DNA of 55,065 nucleotides from Vicinamibacterales bacterium (GTDB lineage: Bacteria; Acidobacteriota; Vicinamibacteria; Vicinamibacterales; CAVVIG01): assembly GCA_040081675.1 (NCBI GenBank), contig JBEBGB010000001.1:1-55065 (forward strand). Reading direction: 5' to 3'. Shown here piece by piece: positions 26,067-36,049 of this stretch. Position 1 is the stretch's first letter. Each line of letters begins with the position of its first letter. The position numbers and the translations under genes are program-made. Below the pieces are notes generated by a model. That model was not told the DNA's origin, did no database searches, and saw only the letters and a program-made list of their open reading frames with translations.

Positions 26067-28328
26067 ATGACAACAGCCTATCGCAACTACACGAAGGCGG
26101 GACCTGCCGGACAGCAGCCCTCGGAGGAACGCCACCTCCTCGACTATGTCCGGGTGATCTACAAGCGCCGATGGGTGGCGCTGCCGGTGTTCCTGCTCAT
26201 CGTCATCATCGGGTCGCTGAACGCGGCGCGTCAGACGCCGATCTATCGAGCGCGAACCCAGCTGATGATCGAGAAGGACTCGCCGTCGGTGCAGACGCTC
26301 GACCAGATGTTCCAGTCGCAGGACGGTTGGTCGAACGACGAGTTCTACCAGACGCAGTACCGCATCCTGCAAAGCCGCACGCTGGCACGACGAACCATCG
26401 ACGAACTGAGGCTCTGGAGCGGACCGCTCGGAAACGTGCCCGAGCCGAAGGCGTCGTTCGACCCGATGTCCCTCGCCAGCAGCGGCATCTCTCGACTTGC
26501 GAGCGCCGTCGGCTTCGGGACCAGCGGACCGGCACCCGGCGTCAGCACCTCCGCAGCGCTCGAACAGAAGGCGGTCGACGAGACCTCGGGCCAGTCCGAC
26601 AGAATCGATGAGTTCAAGAGCGGAGTGGACATCGAACCGATTCGCAACAGCCGGCTCGTGGACATCGTGTACACATCCGGTGACCCCGTCTTCGCTGCAC
26701 AGGCTGCAAATGCGTGGGCCAAGGCTTACATCGGCCAGAGCCTCGAGCTTCGCTTCAGCGAGTCGAAGGAAGCTGCCGACTGGCTGTCCGAGCAGTTGAC
26801 CGAGCAGCGCAAGACACTCGAATCGAGCGAAGCCGCGCTGCAGGCGTACCGTGAACGCAATGGAGCGGTGTCGGTGACCGACAGCGCCTCGAACATCGTT
26901 GTGCAGCGGTTGACCGATCTGAACGGTGCGCTCACGAAAGCCAAGACAGAACGGATCAACAAGGAAGCCCTCTACAACCAGCTGAAGTCCGCCGAATCGA
27001 ACGGCGCACTGGATGCCATTCCCGCGGTGTTGTCCAACGACTACATCCAGAAGCTGCGCAGCGAAGTCGCCGATCTGCAGCGTCAGCAGGCGCAGCTTGC
27101 CGAGCGCTACGGCGAGCGCCATGCCGAGATGATCAAGGTTCGCACGGCGATTGAGCTTGCGGATGCAAAGCTCAAGAACGAGATCTCGAAAACGGTGGAG
27201 TCCGTCCGGAACCAGTTCCAGTCGGCGCTCTCAGAAGAGCGAAGTCTGCAGAGCGCCCTCGACGCGCAGAAGACCGAGGCCCTCAGTCTCAATCGCAAGG
27301 GCATCGAGTTTGGCGTGCTCCAGCGCGAAGCCGACAGCAACAAGCAGATCTACGAGAGCCTGATGCAGCGGACCAAGGATGCCGGCATTTCCAGCGAACG
27401 CCGCGCCACCAACATTCGCGTCGTCGATACGGCGGAGATCCCGCGCTCTCCGATTTCGCCAAACCTGCGCCGGTCGGTTCTCCTGGCCCTCGTGGCTGGC
27501 CTGACGATGTCGCTCGGCCTCGTGTTCTTCGTCGAGTATCTCGACAGCCGGCTGAAGACGCCAAGCGACCTGAAGCAGCATCTCGGAGTGCCGTTCCTCG
27601 GAATGATTCCGGCCGCACCACGGGGTAAAGAGTCACGCAATCCGTTGATGCACCAGGTGGGCCTGTCGAACTTCTCGGAGGCGTTCAAGACCGTGCGCAC
27701 GAACGTGCTGTTCTCGTCCGCCGAGGACGGCGTGCGTTCGCTGGTCGTGACCAGCGCGAGCCCGGGCGAGGGCAAGAGCATCTGCTCGGCGAACATTGCG
27801 GTCGCGATGGCGCAGGCAGGACTGCGCGTGCTGCTGGTGGACGCCGACATGCGGCGGCCTCGCGTGCACGAGATCTTCGAACTGTCACAGGAACCCGGAC
27901 TGTCGAACCTGCTGACGGGCAACGCGAAGGCCAGCGAAACGATTCAGAAGTCGGCTGTCCCTGGCCTCTGGCTCATGCCCGCGGGCCACATCCCGCCCAA
28001 CCCGGCAGAACTTCTCAGCTCACCTCGCTTCGTGGATTTCCTGGGCGCGCTCGAGGATCACTTCGACTGGGTCGTGCTCGACACGCCGCCGGCGCTGGTT
28101 GTCACCGACAGCATGATTGTCGGCAACCGTGCGACGGGCGTCGCGTTCGTCGTGGGCGCCGATCAGACCAGCCGTCATGCCGCACGTAACGCGCTCGAGC
28201 AGTTGGCGGGCGCCAACGTCACGGTCATTGGCGCCATTCTCAACCGCGCCGATGTCACCCGTCACTCTCACTACTACTCGTCCTACTATCGCAAAGAGTA
28301 CGCACGCTACTACGTGAAGTCGTCGTGA
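26067..28328 (+). CDS. Fused chain-length determinant / tyrosine autokinase (Wzc/GumC-type)
   Basis: 753 aa. N-terminal TM, coiled-coil periplasmic domain and second TM. Cytoplasmic kinase with Walker A 'SASPGEGKS', 'LLVDADMRRP', 'LDTPP', and a Tyr cluster 'HYYSSYYRKEYARYY'. Confidence 0.9.
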   Translation: MTTAYRNYTKAGPAGQQPSEERHLLDYVRVIYKRRWVALPVFLLIVIIGSLNAARQTPIYRARTQLMIEKDSPSVQTLDQMFQSQDGWSNDEFYQTQYRILQSRTLARRTIDELRLWSGPLGNVPEPKASFDPMSLASSGISRLASAVGFGTSGPAPGVSTSAALEQKAVDETSGQSDRIDEFKSGVDIEPIRNSRLVDIVYTSGDPVFAAQAANAWAKAYIGQSLELRFSESKEAADWLSEQLTEQRKTLESSEAALQAYRERNGAVSVTDSASNIVVQRLTDLNGALTKAKTERINKEALYNQLKSAESNGALDAIPAVLSNDYIQKLRSEVADLQRQQAQLAERYGERHAEMIKVRTAIELADAKLKNEISKTVESVRNQFQSALSEERSLQSALDAQKTEALSLNRKGIEFGVLQREADSNKQIYESLMQRTKDAGISSERRATNIRVVDTAEIPRSPISPNLRRSVLLALVAGLTMSLGLVFFVEYLDSRLKTPSDLKQHLGVPFLGMIPAAPRGKESRNPLMHQVGLSNFSEAFKTVRTNVLFSSAEDGVRSLVVTSASPGEGKSICSANIAVAMAQAGLRVLLVDADMRRPRVHEIFELSQEPGLSNLLTGNAKASETIQKSAVPGLWLMPAGHIPPNPAELLSSPRFVDFLGALEDHFDWVVLDTPPALVVTDSMIVGNRATGVAFVVGADQTSRHAARNALEQLAGANVTVIGAILNRADVTRHSHYYSSYYRKEYARYYVKSS

Positions 28329-28334
28329 ACGCGC

Positions 28335-29555
28335 GTGCGACTGCTGTATCTCACCCCGACCGCAGCGATGGGCGGCGCCGAGCGGGTGCTGCTCGATCTG
28401 CTGGCGCTGCTGCGGACGGTCCAGCCCACCTGGCCTATTCAGCTCGTCATCGGCAACGACGGTCCTCTCGCCGCTGACGCTGCCCGGCTGGGCGTCGAAA
28501 CCATCGCCCTCCCCTTTCCCCGCGACTTCGCACAACTGGGTGACGCCGGGCTTGCCACGCCGGCAAGGTGGGCGCATTTCACGCGCCACGCAATCAGGGG
28601 CAGCATCGCCACCGTGCGGTATCTGCAGGACCTGCGCGCAGTGGTCTCCGCGTTCAAGCCCGACGTGATGCACTCCAACGGCATCAAAATGCACGTGCTC
28701 GGCGCCCTCGCCAAACCGAAGGATGCGGCCCTGGTCTGGCATTTCCACGACTATCCGGGCGCACGACCGGTGACGGGACGGCTGGTGCGCGCGTTGAAGC
28801 GCCGCTGCGACTCAATCGTCTCGGTGTCCGAGAGTGTGGCGTCGGACATCCGGAGAGCCGTCGGCAACTCGATCGACGTGAGAACGATTTGGAATTCCGT
28901 GGACCTCGATCGATTCACACCAGCAGGCACGTCGCTGGATCTGGACGCGTTGTCGGGCCTCGAAGCACCGCCGCCTGGCACGCCGCGCATCGGCCTCGTC
29001 GCGACGTTCGCGCGTTGGAAGGGTCACCTGCTGTTCCTGGACATGCTCGAGGCACTGGCCATGACGCACGCCTTCCGCGCGTACGTCGTGGGAGGGCCGG
29101 TGTACGAGACGCACGCCAGTCAGCTCTCGATGGCTGAACTGCGCAGTGCGGTGTCGTCGCGCGGGCTCGGTCAAGTGGTCGGGCTGACAGGCTTCGTCAA
29201 GGAGACACCGGCAGCGCTTCGCGCGCTCGATGTCGTCGTGCACGCGAGTACGTTGCCCGAGCCATTCGGTCTGGTCATTGCCGAAGCCATGGCGTCGGCA
29301 CGCGCCGTCGTCATCAGCGACGCTGGCGGTGTCGCAGAGATCGTGTCGAACGAGCGTACCGGCCTGTTGTATCCGTGTGGAAGTGTGCAACACATGACCT
29401 CGCAGGTGCGTCGCCTCCTCGACGACACAGCACTGCGCACGCGTCTTGGGTGCTCGGCCCGCGCGGCTGCAGTCGAGCAGTTCAATCCGAGCCGTGTCGC
29501 CGCACAGATGCTCGACCTCTATTCGCGACTCGCTCACGTGCGAGCCGCCGCATGA
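28335..29555 (+). CDS. GT-B fold glycosyltransferase (family 4-like)
   Basis: 'MRLLYLTPTAAMGGAERV', 'LVATFARWKGHLLFL', 'EPFGLVIAEAMASARAVVISDAGGVAEIV'. Confidence 0.85.
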   Translation: MRLLYLTPTAAMGGAERVLLDLLALLRTVQPTWPIQLVIGNDGPLAADAARLGVETIALPFPRDFAQLGDAGLATPARWAHFTRHAIRGSIATVRYLQDLRAVVSAFKPDVMHSNGIKMHVLGALAKPKDAALVWHFHDYPGARPVTGRLVRALKRRCDSIVSVSESVASDIRRAVGNSIDVRTIWNSVDLDRFTPAGTSLDLDALSGLEAPPPGTPRIGLVATFARWKGHLLFLDMLEALAMTHAFRAYVVGGPVYETHASQLSMAELRSAVSSRGLGQVVGLTGFVKETPAALRALDVVVHASTLPEPFGLVIAEAMASARAVVISDAGGVAEIVSNERTGLLYPCGSVQHMTSQVRRLLDDTALRTRLGCSARAAAVEQFNPSRVAAQMLDLYSRLAHVRAAA

Positions 29556-29591
29556 GAGCGCCGGGTCCTCTGCAATCTGGCCACCCTCTAC

Positions 29592-31091
29592 ATGGCTGAC
29601 GAATTCCTCCAGAACATCGACCAGGTCTTTGCCTCGGTTCGGCGCGGAAGCGCTCGCCGACGAATTCCTGGCCGGCGCGTCCTGCCGACAGAGACCAGGG
29701 ACGAGGCTCGCCGAGTCGAGGAAGAGGCCGAAGAGTGCACTGACGCGGCGCCGGATCTGCTGTGGGGTCGGTTCACGTGGATCGACGGCTTCATCGCGAT
29801 GCAGTTCTTGTGGGGCGCGCTGATCTTCCTTCCCGGCGCGCAGCAGTACCGCGGATACATCCGGGGCCTGCCCTACGTCGTCAGCCTCGGAATGCTGGCG
29901 CGTTATGTCATGAGACCTGGCGTGCGCCTGCCTCTGGCTCGTGGCGGCGGCTTGATCATTTGCGCGCTGATCCTGCTGGTCGTCAACCTGCTCAACCCGC
30001 GGAGCCAGTTGTCTGCAGGCATCGCGCAGTGTGTCTTCCAACTGAGTATCGCGGCGCCACTCTTCTGGGGGCCGAAGGCGGTGCGCTCTCCCGCAGTCCT
30101 CGAGCGCACGCTGATGCTCGTCTTCGTGCTGAACGCGGCCGGCGCCGGACTCGGTGTCCTCCAGGTGTACTTCCCGGATCGCTTCATGCCTCCAGAGTTC
30201 AGTTCGCTCGGACTACAACTGAACCAGTACTACATCTCGGGTCTCACCTACACCGGCAGCGAGGGCAGGGCGATCGTCCGCCCGCCGGGTTTGACGGACC
30301 AGCCCGGTGCCGCAGCCACGGCCGGGGCACTGACCGCGATCATCGGACTCGGGCTGTTGCTCCGTCGGCGGCGTCCTGTGCACCTGGTGGCCATCGTCGC
30401 GGCGGTCACCGTCGGGTTCGCCGCGATCTACTTGTCGCAAGTCCGTTCGACACTGCTCGCAACCATCGGGGCATGTGCGCTGTTGTCGGTCGTGGCGCTC
30501 CGAAGGGGCCGCTTCGCCGGTGCCAGCTGGGTGCTTCTGACGGGAGGAACGATCGTCGTCGCCTCGTTCATTTGGGCCACATCTGTAGGAGGACAGTCGG
30601 TCACCAACCGGTTCGTCAGACTTCGGGGCCTTGGGGCCGTCGAGACGTACCGCACTGACCGCGGGATTTTTGTTTCGCAGACCGTCGGAGACCTTCTCGA
30701 TCGATACCCGCTCGGCGCGGGCGTTGGTCGCTGGGGCATGATCAATACGTACTTCGGGAGCCGGACCGAATACGGCGCGGCACCGCTCTATGTCGAAATC
30801 CAGATCACGGGCTGGCTGCTCGACGGCGGGGTGCCCATGTGGCTGCTCTACGGCGGCGCGACGCTGCTCTCGGTTTGGACGGCCTTCTCGCTGACCAAGG
30901 CGCGGAACCCGGTCTTCGTCGAAGTCGCGATCATCTCGCTCAGTGTCCAGGCCTACATCCTCGTCCTCAGCATGGGATCTCCGATGTTCAACACGCAGAT
31001 GGGGACTCTCTTCTGGACACTGGCCGGCGCACTGTATGGGGCCAGCAAAGCTGCCGACGCTGGACTGCAGCGCGGTCGATCGCTGGTATGA
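29592..31091 (+). CDS. Polytopic Wzy-like polysaccharide polymerase / O-antigen-ligase-family protein
   Basis: About 10-12 hydrophobic segments after a hydrophilic N-terminus. Has a large loop followed by 'LYVEIQITGWLLDGGVPMWLL', reminiscent of the Wzy_C motif. Start uncertain. Confidence 0.6.
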   Translation: MADEFLQNIDQVFASVRRGSARRRIPGRRVLPTETRDEARRVEEEAEECTDAAPDLLWGRFTWIDGFIAMQFLWGALIFLPGAQQYRGYIRGLPYVVSLGMLARYVMRPGVRLPLARGGGLIICALILLVVNLLNPRSQLSAGIAQCVFQLSIAAPLFWGPKAVRSPAVLERTLMLVFVLNAAGAGLGVLQVYFPDRFMPPEFSSLGLQLNQYYISGLTYTGSEGRAIVRPPGLTDQPGAAATAGALTAIIGLGLLLRRRRPVHLVAIVAAVTVGFAAIYLSQVRSTLLATIGACALLSVVALRRGRFAGASWVLLTGGTIVVASFIWATSVGGQSVTNRFVRLRGLGAVETYRTDRGIFVSQTVGDLLDRYPLGAGVGRWGMINTYFGSRTEYGAAPLYVEIQITGWLLDGGVPMWLLYGGATLLSVWTAFSLTKARNPVFVEVAIISLSVQAYILVLSMGSPMFNTQMGTLFWTLAGALYGASKAADAGLQRGRSLV

Positions 31092-32266
31092 CAGGCTCAC
31101 AGGTTCCACAGCCGGCTGAGTGGCACATCATCACGTGTGAGTACCCGCCTTCGATTGGCGGTGTCAGCGACTACACGTTCACCCTCGCGTCGGCATTAGC
31201 CGTCGTCGGTCCCGTGCATGTGTGGTGTCCAGTCAGCGACGGCCCGGCGCCCGTCGCCCGTAACGTGGTGGTTCATGCGGAGCTGAGGTCCTTTTCGAGA
31301 CGTGAGTTGCGTCGACTCGGGCAGCGACTCGATGCCTGTCAGTACCCACGAAAGTTGTTCGTACAGTGGGTGCCTCAGGGTTACGGTTACCGATCGGTCA
31401 ACCTCGGATTCGCGATGTGGCTGGCTGGCCGTGCGCGCCGGCAGCGCGATCAGCTGCACCTGATGGTCCACGAGCCGTTCCTGCCGTGGTCGGTGAAACC
31501 ACTTCACCTCGGCGCCTCACTGCTGCATCGGGCGATGCTGGTGACCGCGAGCGCCAATGCCACGCGCGTCTGGTTGAGCACTCAGACCTGGCGCGACTAC
31601 GTCCGGCCGTACGTGCCTTCGCGGACGCCTGTCGAGTGGCTGCCTGTGCCTGCGCCGCCCGTCGCGGTCGAATTGACGTTTGCTGGGTTGTCAACAGATG
31701 CGCCTGCACCCAACCCGACTCCATCTGTTGGCCATTTTGGTACGCATTCCTCGCTCGTCACGCGGATGCTGGAGCCGGCTTTGGATGTGCTGCTCGAACG
31801 AACCCGCGCCACCGTGTTGCTCATTGGACGCGACAGCGACACATTCCGCGACAGGTTCGTGCGAGCGCGCCCACACGCGGCAACTCGAGTGCAGGCTACG
31901 GGCGTGTTGACGCTGGAGGCGGCCGCGCAGGCGATGCGACGGTGCGACGTCATGGTTCAACCCTATCCGGACGGCGTGACTGCGCGTCGTACATCGACAC
32001 TGGCACCGTTGTCCCTCGGCGTGCCGGTTGTCACCAATGCGGGGCACCTTACTGAGGACTTCTGGAGGGACTGCGGCGCCGTGCTGCTCGCGCCGTCTGC
32101 AGACGGACGCCTGATAGGCGAATCAGCGGCGGCGCTGCTCACTGACTCCGCCGGTCGGGCGTCTCTTGCGGTTCGCGCACAGGACTTCTACGACCGTCGT
32201 TTCGCTCCGCGCCATGCCGCTGCCATGCTGACTGCCGCAGCGTGGCCGCCGCGTCATGCCGCCTGA
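31088..32266 (+). CDS. Probable GT-B fold glycosyltransferase
   Basis: Trimmed to ATG 31088 (ATGA overlap). 'WHIITCEYPPSIGGVSDYT' N-terminus and a C-terminal Rossmann-like half ('VMVQPYPDGVTARRTSTLAPLSLGVPVVTN'). The motif is weaker than in the other GTs. Confidence 0.65.
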   Translation: MTGSQVPQPAEWHIITCEYPPSIGGVSDYTFTLASALAVVGPVHVWCPVSDGPAPVARNVVVHAELRSFSRRELRRLGQRLDACQYPRKLFVQWVPQGYGYRSVNLGFAMWLAGRARRQRDQLHLMVHEPFLPWSVKPLHLGASLLHRAMLVTASANATRVWLSTQTWRDYVRPYVPSRTPVEWLPVPAPPVAVELTFAGLSTDAPAPNPTPSVGHFGTHSSLVTRMLEPALDVLLERTRATVLLIGRDSDTFRDRFVRARPHAATRVQATGVLTLEAAAQAMRRCDVMVQPYPDGVTARRTSTLAPLSLGVPVVTNAGHLTEDFWRDCGAVLLAPSADGRLIGESAAALLTDSAGRASLAVRAQDFYDRRFAPRHAAAMLTAAAWPPRHAA

Positions 32267-33425
32267 GTTGTCGACGACCCTCGAGGGCTCCGCGCCGTGG
32301 CTGCTCGTGTCCGCCGCGTTCGTCAAGACTGGCGGACAGGACCGTGCCAACTTCGCGCTCGCCTCCTACCTGGCGCGTCACGGCCAATACGTTCATCTGG
32401 TCACCCATCGCGCCGGCCGTGATATTGGACCGACGGCGAACGTCGTCTGCCACGCCGCGCCGCGCCCCTTGCAATCGGACTTGCTGGGCGAGCCGTTCCT
32501 GCAATGGCTCGGCTCGCACTGGGCCTGGCGGCTGCGATCGCGCTGTCCTCGAGTGGTCGTCAATGGTGGCAACTGTGATTGGCCGGACGTCAACTGGATT
32601 CACTACGTTCACGCGGCGTACGATCGAACGCTCGAAGGCAGCGCGGTCAGACGTGCGCGCATGCGCTTCGCGCATCGGCGCTGGGTGCGCGACGAGAGGC
32701 GTGCCGTCGGACATGCGCGGGTCATCATCGCCAACTCGAAGCGGACGCGCGACGATCTGATCGATCGTGTCGGAGTGCCGGCGGAGAGAATCCGCGTGAT
32801 CTATTACGGCATTGACGCCGCTCAATTTCGTCCTCCAACCGAAGGAGAGCGCGCCGCCACCAGGGGCGCGCTCGGATGGCCGACTGACCGACCGGTCGCG
32901 CTCTTCATCGGAGCGCTGGGCGATCGTCGCAAAGGACTCGACACGCTGCTGCGAGCATGGCAATTGATCGATCGGTCCAAGAGCGATCCACTGCTCGTCG
33001 TGATCGGCCGTGGCGCGATGCTCGCCGAACTGCAGCGCCAGGCCGTGGACGCCGGCATGGGGGAGTCGGTGGTCTTCCTCGGGTTTCGAGACGATGTGCC
33101 CCAGCTCGTTCGCGCGGCGGACATGCTGATCGCGCCGACGCGTTATGAGGCGTACGGTCTTGGTGTGCACGAGGCCCTGTGCTGTGGACTTCCTGCCATC
33201 GTGAGCGCTCAGGCCGGTGTCGCTGAACGCTATCCCGCCGAATTGACCGCGTTGCTCCTGCCAGACGCCGACAATGCAGCGGACCTGGCGCACCGTGTCG
33301 ACATGTGCCTTGCGAGTCGCGCGAGGTTGGCTGGTCCGATGACGTCGTTTGCCGCAACCCTTCGGCGGCGCTCCTGGGACGACATGGCAGCAGACGTTGT
33401 CGCCGCCGCGAGCGAGGTTTCATGA
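32256..33425 (+). CDS. GT-B fold glycosyltransferase (family 4-like)
   Basis: 'LFIGALGDRRKGLDTLL' and 'PTRYEAYGLGVHEALCCGLPAIVSAQAGVAE'. Confidence 0.85.
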   Translation: MPPELSTTLEGSAPWLLVSAAFVKTGGQDRANFALASYLARHGQYVHLVTHRAGRDIGPTANVVCHAAPRPLQSDLLGEPFLQWLGSHWAWRLRSRCPRVVVNGGNCDWPDVNWIHYVHAAYDRTLEGSAVRRARMRFAHRRWVRDERRAVGHARVIIANSKRTRDDLIDRVGVPAERIRVIYYGIDAAQFRPPTEGERAATRGALGWPTDRPVALFIGALGDRRKGLDTLLRAWQLIDRSKSDPLLVVIGRGAMLAELQRQAVDAGMGESVVFLGFRDDVPQLVRAADMLIAPTRYEAYGLGVHEALCCGLPAIVSAQAGVAERYPAELTALLLPDADNAADLAHRVDMCLASRARLAGPMTSFAATLRRRSWDDMAADVVAAASEVS

Positions 33426-33500
33426 CCGCAGTGCGCCAGCGGAGCTCCGTTTAGTGGCGTCGCGACACCAACCTGCGTCCATGATGCGGGGTCAGCCATC

Positions 33501-35075
33501 ATGAGTCGGACACGACGCATTCTTGGCGGCGCCACCATCGGCTATTTGCACCAGGCTGCGGTGCTGCTGCTCGGAATCTGGCTCACGCCGTTTCTCCTGC
33601 GTCGTGTTGGCCAGCACGAGTACGGCCTCTGGTTGGTTGCCGGACAGTTATTGGGCTATCTCGCACTGCTCGATCTCGGCGTGCTGGCCATTCTTCCACG
33701 CGAAGTCGCAGCGCTGTCAGGACAAGCCGATAAAGCAAAGGCACGCATCGCCATCGCTGGCCTTCTGGCGCGCATTCGAGCCATCGTCCGAAGGTGGCAG
33801 CTGCCAGGACTGTCAGTCGCGTGCGTCGTGATCTGGTGGTTCCTCCCGTCGGACTGGTCCGACTTGAGCCACCCGCTGATTCCCGTCTTCGTCGCATTCA
33901 TCGCGCTCTATCCCCTGCGGATTCTGCTGGCTGCGCTGCAAGGCGTTCAGGAGATGACGTTCCTGGCTGGGGCGCAGCTGGCCGGATGGGTACTGGGAAC
34001 GGCAACCACCATCACGCTGATTGTCGCTGGAGCAGGGCTGTACGCACTGGTCCTCGGCTGGGTTGTCACGACGGCGGTTCCAGCAGGAGCTGCGTGGTGG
34101 CGCAGCCGCAGTCTTTGGCCTGCGGCCGACCGGAGTGTTCCCGCGGGTCCCGCGTCCGAGATCTTTCGCAGCTCGCTCTGGCTGAGCGCTGGCCAGGTCG
34201 CGCAGGTTCTACTCGCTGGGTCGGACGTGCTCCTTGTTGGTCGCATCCTCGGTGCTGCGGCAGTTGTGCCGTATGCGTGCACGGGCAAGCTGGTCACCGT
34301 GTTCGCGAACCATCCGCATCTGTTGATGCACGTCGCACAGCCCGCGCTTGCGGAGATGCGAACCTCCGAGTCGCGCGATCGTCTCCGACACGTGGCGACC
34401 GCTCTCACGCAAACGATGCTGATCATGAGCGGCGCCTTGGTCGTCGTCATCCTTCCGCTGAACCATGTGTTCGTAACGTGGTGGGTCGGACCGTCGCAAT
34501 ACGCGGGATGGCAGCTGACCCTGGGCTTCGCGGTCATGATGCTGCTGCGCCACGTGACCGTGGCCCTGGTCTACACGCTGTTCTGCTTTGGTTACGAGCG
34601 CCAGATCTCCCTGACGAGCCTGGCCGACGGTCTCGTCACAGTCATGGCGACGGCGATTCTGGTCTGGACTTGGGGACCAATCGGTGCACCAGTCGGGTCG
34701 ATCATCGGCGCGCTCCTGGTCAGCCTGCCCGTCAACGGGCGGTCCATGGCGCGCGAGATGGAGCTCTCGGCGGCCGCCTTTGCGCGCCTCCTTGCGCCCC
34801 TTCTGTTTCGCATCGTGGGGGTAAGTGCCGCAATGGCTTCGTTCTCGTGGTGGCTCGCACCGACGTCGATTCAGCACGTTGCGCTGCTACTGATCTCGTC
34901 CATCGGGTTGTACTCGCTGCTGGTTCTTCCTGTTGCCTGGCGCGGTCCTGTGGGTCCCTATCTTCGCCTCGCCTTGCACCTCACTCGACGCACGGCCGAC
35001 ACCTCACCAGCAAGGCTGCCGACCGAGGTCCAGGTGCTCGGTGCCGATCCCAAGGTCGAGGCCGGCACGCCGTGA
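33501..35075 (+). CDS. Wzx-type oligosaccharide flippase (MOP/polysaccharide biosynthesis protein family)
   Basis: 524 aa with about 12-14 TM segments. N-terminus 'ILGGATIGYLHQAAVLLLGIWLTPFLLRRVGQHEYGLW' is typical of Wzx-family proteins. Confidence 0.8.
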   Translation: MSRTRRILGGATIGYLHQAAVLLLGIWLTPFLLRRVGQHEYGLWLVAGQLLGYLALLDLGVLAILPREVAALSGQADKAKARIAIAGLLARIRAIVRRWQLPGLSVACVVIWWFLPSDWSDLSHPLIPVFVAFIALYPLRILLAALQGVQEMTFLAGAQLAGWVLGTATTITLIVAGAGLYALVLGWVVTTAVPAGAAWWRSRSLWPAADRSVPAGPASEIFRSSLWLSAGQVAQVLLAGSDVLLVGRILGAAAVVPYACTGKLVTVFANHPHLLMHVAQPALAEMRTSESRDRLRHVATALTQTMLIMSGALVVVILPLNHVFVTWWVGPSQYAGWQLTLGFAVMMLLRHVTVALVYTLFCFGYERQISLTSLADGLVTVMATAILVWTWGPIGAPVGSIIGALLVSLPVNGRSMAREMELSAAAFARLLAPLLFRIVGVSAAMASFSWWLAPTSIQHVALLLISSIGLYSLLVLPVAWRGPVGPYLRLALHLTRRTADTSPARLPTEVQVLGADPKVEAGTP

Positions 35076-36049
35076 CGCTTCGACAGCAGGCGTCGAGGAC
35101 GCTTCGAGCGTTCGATGGCTTTGTTGCATTCAGGCACTTGCAGCACGAGGGGTTCGGCAACGCCTGGCGGCGCTGGCGTCTGTGGACCAAGGTGCTCGAG
35201 CTGCCGCCGGTGGAAACTGACGACGTGTCGGCCGACGCGAGCGTGGAGGTGCACCTGGTCTGCTGTCTCAAGGACTATCTGTGTGCCCTTTGGGCATTGA
35301 AGACCTTCTACTTCTCTGCCGACGTCTCCTACCCGCTCGTTGTTCATCTCAACGGCACGATGACGACACGCGCCCTCTCGCGTTTGAGAACGCACCTGCC
35401 CAACGCACGCATCCTGGAGCAGCAGGACGTCGAAGGCACCGTCACCAACTGGCTGGTCAACAACAACTGTCCTCGCCTTCAGCAGGTTCGTTCGAAAAAC
35501 GGATTCATGCTGAAGCTGGTCGACGTGAACCTGCTGAGCGAGGCGCCGCGTCTGTTGGTGCTCGACAGCGATGTGTTGTTCTTCCGGCGTCCTGATGAAT
35601 TGCTATCCGCCGTACGAAGCGCGCCCGACGGCATGCTGTTCCAGCGCGACGCAGACAGCACCTACAACCTCACGCTCGAAGACGCCCGAACGACGCTGGG
35701 GATTGATCTGGCACCGCGGGTCAACACGGGCATCATGCTGTTCGCAAAGGGTGCAGTGGATCTGTCCCGGTGCGAAGCGTTGCTCGAACATCCTGCAGTT
35801 GCGCGACAGACCGGATGGATTGAACAGACGCTGTACGCGCTCGCGGCCAGCGAGGGAGACCGCGTGCGCTATCTCTCGGCTGATTACCTGGTCTCGCTCG
35901 AGCCCGAGGACAATCTCGCCTCGCTCGTCGCACGCCACTACGCGGGTCCAAGCAGACGGTATCTCACGGAGGAAGGTCTTCCGTTTGCGCTCCAGACCCT
36001 TCGCCGTCGCGGAGTGCATCACCAGGTGACGGGCGCAAGTGTCCAATGA
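35072..36049 (+). CDS. Hypothetical DxD-containing nucleotide-diphospho-sugar-transferase-like protein
   Basis: Trimmed to GTG 35072 (GTGA overlap with the flippase stop). Soluble 325-aa protein with 'LLVLDSDVLFF' (DxD) and 'NTGIMLF', reminiscent of GT8/GT-A enzymes. The family is not firmly recognised. Confidence 0.45.
   Translation: MTLRQQASRTLRAFDGFVAFRHLQHEGFGNAWRRWRLWTKVLELPPVETDDVSADASVEVHLVCCLKDYLCALWALKTFYFSADVSYPLVVHLNGTMTTRALSRLRTHLPNARILEQQDVEGTVTNWLVNNNCPRLQQVRSKNGFMLKLVDVNLLSEAPRLLVLDSDVLFFRRPDELLSAVRSAPDGMLFQRDADSTYNLTLEDARTTLGIDLAPRVNTGIMLFAKGAVDLSRCEALLEHPAVARQTGWIEQTLYALAASEGDRVRYLSADYLVSLEPEDNLASLVARHYAGPSRRYLTEEGLPFALQTLRRRGVHHQVTGASVQ

Noticed and set aside
26055-27122. 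Long antisense ORFs, e.g. 26055-27122(-), 14832-16190(+), 28812-30041(-), 32139-33293(-), 7341-8414(-), 47056-48135(+), 49379-50440(+), 50437-51507(+), 53206-54183(+)
   Set aside because: Each lies opposite a gene with strong family motifs. Each has the Arg/Ala/Gly/Pro-dominated, motif-free composition of GC-rich antisense frames. None has an independent RBS or sensible operon context.
12514-28328. PEP-CTERM/exosortase system
   Set aside because: The export-gene order (Wza-like, beta-barrel, chain-length determinant, kinase) resembles exosortase-type EPS loci. However, I found no exosortase-like polytopic protein in the window. The one candidate sorting tail (23466-23951 product) lacks the Pro-Glu-Pro motif and the terminal basic cluster.
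33794-36049. 751-aa ORF, and the similar giants 41296-43533 (745 aa), 23297-25267 (656 aa), 30839-32266 and 37755-38777
   Set aside because: Their N-terminal parts run in an alternative frame through clearly recognisable upstream genes (flippase, acyltransferase, secreted protein, Wzy-like). They are Arg/Gly/Pro-rich, typical of open shadow frames in high-GC DNA. Only the C-terminal portions, beginning at ATG/GTG codons that overlap the upstream stop, look like real proteins.
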